From Acidimicrobiia bacterium (lineage in GTDB: Bacteria; Actinomycetota; Acidimicrobiia; Acidimicrobiales; Poriferisodalaceae): a stretch of DNA of 52,382 bases. Positions 26,632 to 35,646 of this stretch are shown one piece after another; position 1 is the stretch's first letter, and each line of letters begins with the position of its first letter. Where the stretch lies: the NCBI GenBank assembly GCA_022828045.1, contig JAJEIW010000002.1, forward strand, positions 1 through 52,382. The letters run 5' to 3'. Below the pieces are notes generated by a model that saw nothing but the letters and a program-made list of their open reading frames with translations, was not told the DNA's origin and made no database searches. Position numbers and translations under genes: made by a program.

Positions 26632-28725
26632 TCAGCCGGCGACCTGGGGCGGAGGGGCGGCTTGCTCGATGATCGGCACGTCGCGTGCGGACTCAGTCCC
26701 GGCATCGGGCTCGGGCCCGGACTCTGCCTCGACAGGTTCTTCGGCGCCTTCGAGCTTCCCATTGGCGGCTGCCGATGACTCAGCAGGCTCGGGATCGGCG
26801 ACGAGCGTCGCGATCTGGGAGCCAGTGATCGTCTCATGCTCGAGCAGTGCGGTCGCGATCCGGTCGAGCGCCCCGCGATGCTCGACGAGCGCCCGCCGAG
26901 CCCGGTCTTGCTGGGTCCGCAGGATCCGCTCGACCTCCTCGTCGATGACGCGGGCGGTCTCGTCGGAGTAGTCGCGCCCCGAGACGAGGTCTTCGCCCAG
27001 GAACACCTGGGCGTGAGATCCCCACGCCATCGGCCCCACCCGGTCGCTCATGCCCCACTCCGACACCATCTTGCGAGCCAGCTCGGTGCCTTGGACTAGG
27101 TCGTTCGCGGCGCCGGTGGAGGTCACGCCGAAGACGGTCTCCTCTGCCATGCGCCCGCCGAAGAGCACCGCAAGCCGGTCTTCGATGTACTCCTGGCTGT
27201 ACGCGTGGCGTTCCTCGGGCAGCTGCATGGTGACGCCCAAGGCCTGGCCGGTCGGCAGGATCGTCACCTTGTGGACCGGGTCGGCATGGGGGAACAACGT
27301 GGCGATCAGGGCGTGGCCGCCCTCGTGGTAAGCGGTGACCTCCCGCTCGCGTTCGGTCAGGGCGACCGACTCGCGGCGCTGGCCCATCAGCACCCGGTCG
27401 CGCGCCGCCTCGAAGTCGGCCAGGCCGATCGACTCCGAATCGCGCCGGACGGCGTGCAGGGCCGCTTCGTTGACGAGGTTCGCCAAGTCGGCGCCGCTCA
27501 TGCCGGGCGTGCCCTTGGCCAAGGCTTCGAACTGCATGTCCTCGTCGGTTTTCTTGTCCTTGGAATGGACCGCCAGGATGGCCAGCCGCTCGGAGTACTC
27601 GGGCAGCGGGACCACCACCTGGCGATCGAACCGGCCCGGCCGCAGCAGGGCCGGATCCAGAATGTCCGGTCGGTTCGTGGCTGCCATCATCACGATGCCG
27701 CCGGTCTCCTCGAAGCCGTCCATCTCGGCCAGCATCTGGTTGAGCGTCTGCTCGCGCTCATCGTGGCCGCCGCCCAGCCCGGCGCCGCGCTTGCGTCCGA
27801 TCGAGTCGATCTCGTCGATGAAGATGATCGCCCGACCCAGCTTGCGAGCACTCTGGAACAGGTCGCGCACCCGGCTGGCGCCGACGCCGACGAACATCTC
27901 CATGAAATCCGATCCGGTCACCGACAGGAACGGCACGCCCGCCTCGCCGGCGACCGCCCTGGCGATGAGCGTCTTGCCGGTGCCGGGCGGACCCACCAGC
28001 AGCACGCCCTTGGGGACCTTGGCACCGATCGCCGTGAAACGCTCCGGCGTCTTGAGGAAATCGACGATCTCGGTGATCTCCTGCTTGACCCCGTCGTAGC
28101 CGGCAATGTCGTCGAACTTCGTCGACGGGCGCTCGGTGGTGTATGTCTTGGCCTTGCTGCGGCCGATCGACATGATCCCCGACATCTGCCCCTGGGCACG
28201 TCGCTGCATCCACCAGAAGAACAGGAAGATCAGGCCGAACGGCAACAGGAACGGCAGCAGGCTGACGAGCAGGTTGGGCCTGTCGGTGTGGAACTCGATG
28301 GCCACTTCCTGCTGGCGCAGCAATCTCAGATCGGTCTCGGGCAGCTCGACGGGACCCTCGGAGGAGAACTCGGTCCCGTCGATGTACTCGCCGGTGATCT
28401 CGCCGGTGCCGTTGGTGATCGTGACGCTGCGAACGCTGCCTTCGGACACCTGAGCTATCAGCCCGCTGTAGTCGACGGGGTCGCGGTCCTCATTGTTGAG
28501 CAGGCCGGGCAGGAACATCACCGACAGCAACACCATGGCAAGCAGCCAGATGGACCAGCGGGGCCAGCGCTCGCGGCGCTGGCGCGTTCCGGTGCCCGAC
28601 GGCCCGGGACTGTGGCGGCGCGATCGCTCGTCGGGATCGTCGTGGGTGGGCGCGTCCGGGGGTTCGCTGGCACGGGGCTTGCGTGCTCGGGAGCGCCCCT
28701 CGTCCGAAGGCACCTCGGAAGCCAT
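26632..28725 (-). CDS. ftsH: ATP-dependent zinc metalloprotease FtsH
   Basis: Two TM helices, Walker [10 protein letters not shown], Walker [12 protein letters not shown], and zinc motif HEGGHALIA. Confidence 0.95.
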   Translation of the reverse strand: MASEVPSDEGRSRARKPRASEPPDAPTHDDPDERSRRHSPGPSGTGTRQRRERWPRWSIWLLAMVLLSVMFLPGLLNNEDRDPVDYSGLIAQVSEGSVRSVTITNGTGEITGEYIDGTEFSSEGPVELPETDLRLLRQQEVAIEFHTDRPNLLVSLLPFLLPFGLIFLFFWWMQRRAQGQMSGIMSIGRSKAKTYTTERPSTKFDDIAGYDGVKQEITEIVDFLKTPERFTAIGAKVPKGVLLVGPPGTGKTLIARAVAGEAGVPFLSVTGSDFMEMFVGVGASRVRDLFQSARKLGRAIIFIDEIDSIGRKRGAGLGGGHDEREQTLNQMLAEMDGFEETGGIVMMAATNRPDILDPALLRPGRFDRQVVVPLPEYSERLAILAVHSKDKKTDEDMQFEALAKGTPGMSGADLANLVNEAALHAVRRDSESIGLADFEAARDRVLMGQRRESVALTEREREVTAYHEGGHALIATLFPHADPVHKVTILPTGQALGVTMQLPEERHAYSQEYIEDRLAVLFGGRMAEETVFGVTSTGAANDLVQGTELARKMVSEWGMSDRVGPMAWGSHAQVFLGEDLVSGRDYSDETARVIDEEVERILRTQQDRARRALVEHRGALDRIATALLEHETITGSQIATLVADPEPAESSAAANGKLEGAEEPVEAESGPEPDAGTESARDVPIIEQAAPPPQVAG

Positions 28726-28801
28726 GAGTTCATGCTATGGCGGACAGGTCGGAACCCATAGCCGCGCAATTCCGGCTTGGGCACAGCACTAACCTGCGCT
28801 G

Positions 28802-31800
28802 GTGGCCGCACCGACCATGCGCCCCCCGCGCAAGGGGGCGGTGCTGGCGGCGTGGGTCGAAGCGGCAGTGGCGGCGGCGAGCTGCGTGGCCGTCTTTCTG
28901 TGGCTCGATCCGGCCGGCATCTTCTCGGCCGCGACGCCCACCGGCGGGGACATGGGCGCCCACGTGTGGGGGCCGTCGTTCCTCCGGAACGAGCTTCTGC
29001 CCTCGGGCTCGCTGCGCGGCTGGACGACTGAGTGGTACGCGGGCATGCCTGCGATGCAGTTCTACATGGTGGTGCCCTACCTGCTGATCGTGGCCGCCGA
29101 CCTGGTGCTGCTCTCGGGTGTCGCATTCAAGCTGGTGGCCGTCAGCGGGGTGGTCTCGATGCCCGCAGCCGCGTGGCTGATGGGCCGGCTGGCGGGCTGG
29201 GCGCGGCCGCTGCGGATGCTGTTGCCGGTTGCGGGGCTGCTGTTCGTCTTCGACGTGAACTTCACGATCTACGGCGGGAACGCAGCATCGACCTTGGCGG
29301 GGGAGTTCGCCTTCTCGATCGCGCTGTCGGCGACGCTGGTGTACCTCGGCATGCTGTGGCGCTCGCTCGAGCGGGGCACCGGCCGTGCCCGGACCAGCTT
29401 CGTCTTGGCGTTCGTCGCGCTCTGCCACCCGATACCGCTCGCGTTTGCCGTCGCCGCCAGTGTGCTGATGGTGGCGGTGCGCGGTCTGCACGGCCTGCCA
29501 GGTCGCATCGGCCGGGTGCCGGCGATGGGCGTGTCGATCGCGGCGATCATGCTGTGGGCCGCCGTGTGGAACATCACCGAGGCCCCGCTGTGGCGTCTTG
29601 CGGTTCCTGCAGCGGTGATCGCCGCGCTCGCGCTGGCGGAGTGGCGCAGGTCGTGGCACGCGCTCGTCATCGGGGTGATCGGCGGCGCGGTCTCGGCGTT
29701 CTGGACGGTGCCGTTCGCAGCCCGCCGGGCATTCATGAACGACATGGGCTGGGAGCGGCTCACCTCGGTGCGGGAGCACCTGTTCTTCACCGACGAGATC
29801 GGCGGTGAGGGGACCTTTCACAGCATCACCTGGCTGCTGGTGCTCGCTGGCGTGGGTGCAGCGGTGGGTCTCGTCCGCTGGTACCGCCCCGCGATGACGT
29901 GGACGGCGATCGCATTCGCCATGGCCATGGGATTCGTCCACTGGCCCCAGCACCGCCTGTGGAACGCGCGCATCCTGCCGTTCTGGTACCTGGCTCTGTA
30001 CTTGCTGGCGGCGATGGGGCTGTGGCTCATCATCGAGGGTCTGACACGCCGGGAAGCGTCTGCGACCGAGGGTTCACCGCGATCGGCACTGCCGGTCGTG
30101 CAGTGGCCGCGGGTGACGCTCCCGGTCGTGGCGTTCATCGCAGCTGTGGGCCTGCTGCTGTTGCGCTTCGGCGATGCCCCCGGCGGCAGCCTCGACGCCA
30201 GCGGAGCATTTCGCTGGGGTCCTCTCACGGTGTCATCGGAGGACCGAAACTTCGTGTCGGGATGGGCGCGCTGGAATTTCCGCGGCTACGAGGGACGCCC
30301 GGCCTATCCCGAGTACCGCAAGTTCGTCTCGACGATGGACGAGGTGGGTGAGCAGCACGGATGCGGACGATTGCTGTGGGAATACGACCGCGATGTCGTG
30401 GGCGCATACGGCACTCCGATGGCGCCGATGCTGCTGCCGCAATGGACTGACGGCTGCATCGCCTCGATGGAAGGTCTCTATTTCGAGTCGTCGCCGACCG
30501 TGCCGTTCCACTTCCTCATGCAGTCGGAACTGTCGGCTGCGCCTTCGCGCCCCATGCGAGGTCTGCCTTACAGCGCACTGGACTTCGGGCTCGGCGTCTC
30601 GCACCTGCAGATGTCGGGGGTGCGTTACTACGCAGCCTTCAGCGCCGAGGCCACGGCCGGGGCCCACGGCTCGGCCGACCTGGCCCACATCGCCTCATCG
30701 GGACCGTGGTCGATCTATCTCGTCGACGGCAGCGACGTGGTGTCGCCGCTGCGATTCGAGCCCGCCGTCGCCGAGGGCGTGTCCCACGCTGGACGAGCGT
30801 GGACCGATCCTGCGGCGATCTGGTTCATCGACCCGGCGGCGTGGGACGTGCCCATCGCCGCCGACGGCCCGCCGCACTGGTCTCGGGTGACGCTGCTGCC
30901 GCCGCCCGATCCTGACGGTGCTCCGCCCGCTTCGCTGACGAGATTCAGTGCAGCACCTCGGCGCGCCCTGCCACCGGTCGAGATCAGCCGCCCGGCGATG
31001 GAACAGGACCGGCTGTCATTCTCTGTGGATCGGCCTGGAGTGCCGGTGCTCGTCAAGATGTCCTACTTCCCGAACTGGTCGGTCGACGGCGCCGACGGTC
31101 CCTACCGCGTCACGCCGAATTGGATGGTGGTGATCCCCACCGGCCCCCATGTCGAGCTCACCTACGGCGCCACCGCCGTCGAGTATCTCGCGTGGCTGAC
31201 GACGCTCATCGGGCTCGCGGCGCTGGCTCTCGTTGCCGTTCGGCCACCGGCACGATTCGAGAGCCGCTCGGCCGCCGAGGCTCGCCGCGCAGCGCAGCTC
31301 GAGGCTGCGACAACGCAGGTCGATACAGCGGCAGCCCAGTTCGACTCCGGCGGCGGACACGACACAGCAGACATCGGGCGGGTACAGCCGACGGTGTCGG
31401 TCGTGCTGCCGGCCTATCAGGCTGCACACCTGGTGGGTCCGGCAGTGGCGCAGGTCAGCGCCGCTCTGCGCGGCAACCAGGCCATCGGCGGCGACCTCGA
31501 GATTGTCGTGGTCGACGACGGGTCCACTGACGGGACTGCGGAGGCGGCTCGGCGTGCCGGCGCCGATGTCGTCGTTGCCGAGGCTGCGAATCGCGGCAAA
31601 GGCGCTGCGGTGCGGGCGGGCATGCTCGCGGCCAGCGGGCGGCTACGCCTGTTCACCGATGTCGATCTGGCCTACCCACCCGGCCAGCTCAACTCGCTCA
31701 TCGAAGCGTTGGAAGCCGGTGCCGATGTCGCACTCGGCAACCGGCGTCATGACGAAGCCCGCACGATCACTCCTGCGCCAGCAGCGAGGGCGTTCGCAAG

Positions 31801-32143
31801 TCGCCTCTTCAACGCCTTCACGCGGGTCGTGCTGCTCCGCCGCTATCGCGACACCCAGTGCGGCTTCAAAGGCTTCACCGAAGAGGCAGCGCGGACGATC
31901 TTCGGTCGCTGCGTCATCGACGGCTTCGCCTTCGATGTCGAGGTGCTCTACCTCGTCGAACATCTCGGTCTGACAGCGACCGAGGTTCCCGTGGCGGTTG
32001 ATCACACTGCGGACACCACGGTTCGCCTGGCAGCGCAGTCGTTGAAGGTGGTTGCCGACATCTGGCGCATACGCCACCGCGCCGGGGCCGACGCGTACGA
32101 CGCTGACGCTGCGCCGTCGACTGTTGACGCAGCCCAGGCGTGA
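28802..32143 (+). CDS. Fusion protein: N-terminal polytopic membrane (GT-C-like?) domain, extracytoplasmic domain, one TM helix and C-terminal polyprenyl-phosphate glycosyltransferase-type GT2
   Basis: The N-terminus has GGDMGAHVWGP and then more than 10 hydrophobic spans to about aa 460. A soluble region of about 330 aa follows, then TM YLAWLTTLIGLAALALVAV. The GT2 part follows: VSVVLPAYQAA..., IVVVDDGSTDGT, FTDVDLAYPP, RDTQCGFKGF (Alg5/Dpm1/GtrB-like). Confidence 0.8.
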   Translation: MAAPTMRPPRKGAVLAAWVEAAVAAASCVAVFLWLDPAGIFSAATPTGGDMGAHVWGPSFLRNELLPSGSLRGWTTEWYAGMPAMQFYMVVPYLLIVAADLVLLSGVAFKLVAVSGVVSMPAAAWLMGRLAGWARPLRMLLPVAGLLFVFDVNFTIYGGNAASTLAGEFAFSIALSATLVYLGMLWRSLERGTGRARTSFVLAFVALCHPIPLAFAVAASVLMVAVRGLHGLPGRIGRVPAMGVSIAAIMLWAAVWNITEAPLWRLAVPAAVIAALALAEWRRSWHALVIGVIGGAVSAFWTVPFAARRAFMNDMGWERLTSVREHLFFTDEIGGEGTFHSITWLLVLAGVGAAVGLVRWYRPAMTWTAIAFAMAMGFVHWPQHRLWNARILPFWYLALYLLAAMGLWLIIEGLTRREASATEGSPRSALPVVQWPRVTLPVVAFIAAVGLLLLRFGDAPGGSLDASGAFRWGPLTVSSEDRNFVSGWARWNFRGYEGRPAYPEYRKFVSTMDEVGEQHGCGRLLWEYDRDVVGAYGTPMAPMLLPQWTDGCIASMEGLYFESSPTVPFHFLMQSELSAAPSRPMRGLPYSALDFGLGVSHLQMSGVRYYAAFSAEATAGAHGSADLAHIASSGPWSIYLVDGSDVVSPLRFEPAVAEGVSHAGRAWTDPAAIWFIDPAAWDVPIAADGPPHWSRVTLLPPPDPDGAPPASLTRFSAAPRRALPPVEISRPAMEQDRLSFSVDRPGVPVLVKMSYFPNWSVDGADGPYRVTPNWMVVIPTGPHVELTYGATAVEYLAWLTTLIGLAALALVAVRPPARFESRSAAEARRAAQLEAATTQVDTAAAQFDSGGGHDTADIGRVQPTVSVVLPAYQAAHLVGPAVAQVSAALRGNQAIGGDLEIVVVDDGSTDGTAEAARRAGADVVVAEAANRGKGAAVRAGMLAASGRLRLFTDVDLAYPPGQLNSLIEALEAGADVALGNRRHDEARTITPAPAARAFASRLFNAFTRVVLLRRYRDTQCGFKGFTEEAARTIFGRCVIDGFAFDVEVLYLVEHLGLTATEVPVAVDHTADTTVRLAAQSLKVVADIWRIRHRAGADAYDADAAPSTVDAAQA

Positions 32144-32148
32144 GCGGG

Positions 32149-33729
32149 TCAGGCCTCCTGGGCGTCGCGCATGGCGGGCTGTGGGGCGCCGCTGGTGGAG
32201 CTCTTGGGGTGCGACCGGCGATCGGTGCCCCCGACAACGGCCATGAGCGGTGCGGGTCTCGCCGTGGTGCCGGAACGGCCGTCGCGGGCGCCGTGGTGCC
32301 GAGAACGCGAGCGCCCGATGGCGACGCCGCTCGGCCGCTGCTGGCTGAAGAGGCCCGCTTCGTCGAGCAGTACCCGGTCTTCGTACTCGTCGAACCAGAG
32401 CGCCTCGGGGTTCCGGCCGACGATGGTCACCTTGCCCCGATCGGGGGCGTGGGCCGGGTTGCGCAGCACCTTGAAGATCACGACGCCGTTCTCGGCTCCC
32501 CGCAGCCCTGCGATCGGACCGTCGGTCACCGCTGAGACTTCCGTCTTGCCCTTGTAGTGCACGATGGTCAGCCGCGCGTGCGACTCCACACCCGACAGGC
32601 CACGCTGGGAATCGTTGAGCAGCTGCCACGCCCGCTCGATCGGCACGTTGAACGCCTTGTAGGCCACGATGTTGCGCCCGCAGAAGAAGTAGTGGTTCTC
32701 GACGCCGACGCCTTTGAGCGTCCGCTGCAGGATCCGCAGTGCGTCAGGGTCGTCGTTGACGCCGGCGATGATCGGTGTCTGGTTCTCGACGCTGATCCAG
32801 CCGCGCGACACCAGCGCATCGAGGGCCTGGCGCGTGTTCGCACGCCAGCGCAGGAAACCCTTGCCGTCCGCGATATAGCTGCCGTCGGCGTCCTTGACGA
32901 GGAACTCGTCGGGATGGTTGAAGTGGATCATGAACCGTATCGCGACATCCGGGTAGACCTCGTGAAAGCGATCGAGCATCGCAAAGAACGCATCGTCGAA
33001 GCGGTCGGGGCAGAACGCCAGCTCCTTGGTGCCGACACGGATGGCTTCAGTGCCGGCCTCCGCCAGCGATGTGAACCAAGCAGCCAGCTTGGAATTGGGC
33101 AGCACCATCGGATCGCCGCCCGAGAGAAGGATCTCTCTCAGCTTTGGCCGACCGGTCTCGGGGTGCGTACCGCCATTGGCAGCGACTGCTTCGTTATGCG
33201 ACCGGATGTAATCGGTTATCTCCAGAACGTTCGCAAGGCCCTTCTTCTTGAGCGTGCCGTCAGCACGTTCTATTTCCTTGCGGCCGATGAGTTCTTCCCT
33301 ATAGCAGAAGCGGCAATGCGCTGAACATGTCGAAATGACATACAGCAAACCCATCTCATACTTGTGCAGAAGTCCTTCGATCGGGCTGTAGTCCAGTTGA
33401 TTCGCAGGATCCGGATCGCCCTCCAAATCCACCGTTTCATCTGGCGATGCCTTCACGAGTTTTTGTAGTGCTGAACTTGACGTCGCCATGTCGAAATAGT
33501 GACGCGTCAATTTGACTGGCATTCGCGCTTCAACATCGCGCTCGGTACCGCTTAATTCCTGCAAATCTGCGAGTTCTTGCGAGGTATAGAAACTCTTGAA
33601 TTCGTCGGGTGCAGAGCCGCTCATGAAGGGCTCGAGACCATTGACAATCTGGCGGTCGTATCTGGGGTTCTCGACCGCATCAAGAACCAATTGTTCCCGT
33701 TCTGTTGGCTGATATTTGCTCTTGCTCAT
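32149..33729 (-). CDS. KamA-family radical SAM enzyme (lysine 2,3-aminomutase-like) with a low-complexity C-terminal tail
   Basis: CSAHCRFC (CxxxCxxC) preceded by SPIEGLLHKYEMGLLYVIS. Also ILLSGGDP, MIHFNHPDEF, ENQTPIIAGVNDD and HYKGK (possible PLP-Lys region). ATG 33729 is preceded by GAGAGG. The track ORF starts at GTG 33741. Confidence 0.85.
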   Translation of the reverse strand: MSKSKYQPTEREQLVLDAVENPRYDRQIVNGLEPFMSGSAPDEFKSFYTSQELADLQELSGTERDVEARMPVKLTRHYFDMATSSSALQKLVKASPDETVDLEGDPDPANQLDYSPIEGLLHKYEMGLLYVISTCSAHCRFCYREELIGRKEIERADGTLKKKGLANVLEITDYIRSHNEAVAANGGTHPETGRPKLREILLSGGDPMVLPNSKLAAWFTSLAEAGTEAIRVGTKELAFCPDRFDDAFFAMLDRFHEVYPDVAIRFMIHFNHPDEFLVKDADGSYIADGKGFLRWRANTRQALDALVSRGWISVENQTPIIAGVNDDPDALRILQRTLKGVGVENHYFFCGRNIVAYKAFNVPIERAWQLLNDSQRGLSGVESHARLTIVHYKGKTEVSAVTDGPIAGLRGAENGVVIFKVLRNPAHAPDRGKVTIVGRNPEALWFDEYEDRVLLDEAGLFSQQRPSGVAIGRSRSRHHGARDGRSGTTARPAPLMAVVGGTDRRSHPKSSTSGAPQPAMRDAQEA

Positions 33730-33978
33730 CACACCTCTCACTTGCTCCAGGCAGGTTCATGTCCTGCACTCTGCAACCACCATAGGGAGAAGCGGGCGCG
33801 AATTGCAAGGGCGTCGCCGCAGAGCGCCGCGCACTACTGCGCGGTGCAGTCAGGCTGGGCTCGTGCCGAAGGCCCTTCGAGGAAGCCTCGATTTCTGATA
33901 AATCCTTGCCCTCTGAGGCCCAGGCGCAGTGGCGCTTGCATGGGTCCGCTGCTCTGCCTCATAGGCTCTGGCAGCGTT

Positions 33979-35337
33979 ATGGCGGGCCGCATCCCACCTG
34001 AGTCATCGGCACGTCTGGCAGCGGTCGTCAAGGCATATGACATACGTGGGATTTGCCCGGAGGAGTTGGGTCCGTCCACCGCGCGAGCGCTCGGCTTTGC
34101 GTTCGCCGAGTGGTCGGGTGCCGCATGCATCGCGCTCGGCCGCGACATGCGCCCGAGCGGCATCGAGCTGGCGGAATCATTCGCAGACGGTGTCCAGCTC
34201 GCCGGGGTCGACGTCATCGATCTCGGGCTCGCTTCGACGGATCTGCTCTACTTCGCTTCGGGCTGCTTGGACATGCCGGGGGCGATGCTGACGGCCTCGC
34301 ACAACCCGACGGAATACAACGGCATCAAGCTGTGCGGACCTGGCGCTGCGCCAGTAGGCGCCGACAGCGGCCTCGCCGAGATCGCTCAGCGAGCAGCGGC
34401 CGGCGGCGTCGCGGGCGACGCCCGTGGCCAGCGCACCCGACGCGACCTGCTCGACACGTTCGCGGATCACGTCCGTTCGTTTGTCGATGTCGAGAGCTTG
34501 GCGCCCTTGCGCGTCGTGGCGGACACGGCCAACGGCATGGGCGGTCATGTCGTGCCGGCGGTCTTCGGGCCGCTGCCCTTCGAGGTCGAACTGCTCTACG
34601 GCGAGCTCGACGGCATGTTTCCCAACCATCCCGCCGACCCCATCCGGCCCGAGAATCTCGTGGATCTGAGCGAGCGTGTGCTGGACGCGGGTGCAGATGT
34701 CGGCCTCGCATTCGACGGCGACGCCGATCGCGTCTTCCTGGTCGACGAGCGAGGCCGCGCCGTGACCGGGTCGATGCTCACCGCGCTGGTCGCGCAGGCC
34801 ATGCTGCGACGTCACGGGCCGGGGCCGATCCTGCACAACCTCATCTGCTCACGGGCCGTCCCCGAGGCCATCGCCGAATCCGGCGGTCGGCCCGTGCGCA
34901 CCCGGGTGGGCCACAGCTACATCAAGACCGAGATGGCCCGCACCGGTGCCTCGTTCGGCGGCGAGCACAGCGGCCACTATTACTTTGCCGACAACTACCG
35001 GGCCGATTCCGGTCTCATCGCTGCGCTCATCGCTCTCGAGACGCTGAGCGGTGCCGCCGTGCCCCTGTCCGAACTGCTCGCGCCGCTCGACCGCTATGCC
35101 TCATCGGGCGAGATCAACACCCGCGTCGCCGATGTCGACGAGATGCTCCGCCGCACTGCGGCGCACTTCGCCGGGCTGCCGCAGGACCGGCTTGACGGGT
35201 TGACAGTGGACGGGGGCGACTGGTGGTTCAACTTGCGGCCGTCCAACACCGAACCGTTGCTCCGCTTGAATCTCGAAGCTCCTGACGCCGCCGCCGTGGC
35301 GCAGCGTGTGAGCGAGATCAGCACGCTGCTGGCATGA
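33979..35337 (+). CDS. manB: Phosphomannomutase/phosphoglucomutase
   Basis: Phosphoserine loop LTASHNPTEYNGIKL and Mg loop GLAFDGDADRVFLVD. The ATG at 33979 is internal to track ORF 33577..35337. Confidence 0.9.
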   Translation: MAGRIPPESSARLAAVVKAYDIRGICPEELGPSTARALGFAFAEWSGAACIALGRDMRPSGIELAESFADGVQLAGVDVIDLGLASTDLLYFASGCLDMPGAMLTASHNPTEYNGIKLCGPGAAPVGADSGLAEIAQRAAAGGVAGDARGQRTRRDLLDTFADHVRSFVDVESLAPLRVVADTANGMGGHVVPAVFGPLPFEVELLYGELDGMFPNHPADPIRPENLVDLSERVLDAGADVGLAFDGDADRVFLVDERGRAVTGSMLTALVAQAMLRRHGPGPILHNLICSRAVPEAIAESGGRPVRTRVGHSYIKTEMARTGASFGGEHSGHYYFADNYRADSGLIAALIALETLSGAAVPLSELLAPLDRYASSGEINTRVADVDEMLRRTAAHFAGLPQDRLDGLTVDGGDWWFNLRPSNTEPLLRLNLEAPDAAAVAQRVSEISTLLA

Positions 35338-35388
35338 TCGGATCCGCAGTCGGCGGCGTACGGCTGGCCGCGGCCTCAGGAGGCGTGC

Positions 35389-35646
35389 GTGGGTCTTGAT
35401 CCGGTGCTCATGGAGATCCTGGCCTGTCCGGCAGACAAGGGACCGCTGTACTACGTCGATGAGGCCGACCTGCTGTACAACCCACGCCTCGGTCGGGCCT
35501 ACCGGATCGACGGCGGCATTCCCGTGCTGCTGATCGACGAAGCCACCGAGGTGGATCCGGCCACGGTGACAACGTACGGCGAGCGCATCGCGAAGGGCGA
35601 GCTCAGCCCGACCTTCGTTCCGGCCCCGAGACAGACCAGTGACTGA
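35389..35646 (+). CDS. Trm112-family small protein (UPF0434-like)
   Basis: MEILACPADKGPLYYV...YRIDGGIPVLLIDEA matches the Trm112p-like zinc-ribbon pattern. Only one of the usual Cys pairs is obvious. Confidence 0.7.
   Translation: MGLDPVLMEILACPADKGPLYYVDEADLLYNPRLGRAYRIDGGIPVLLIDEATEVDPATVTTYGERIAKGELSPTFVPAPRQTSD

Noticed and set aside
28734-28762. 7-bp inverted repeat GCTATGG-N15-CCATAGC in the ftsH / GT-fusion divergent promoter
   Set aside because: It is short enough to occur by chance and has no second copy or supporting context in the window.
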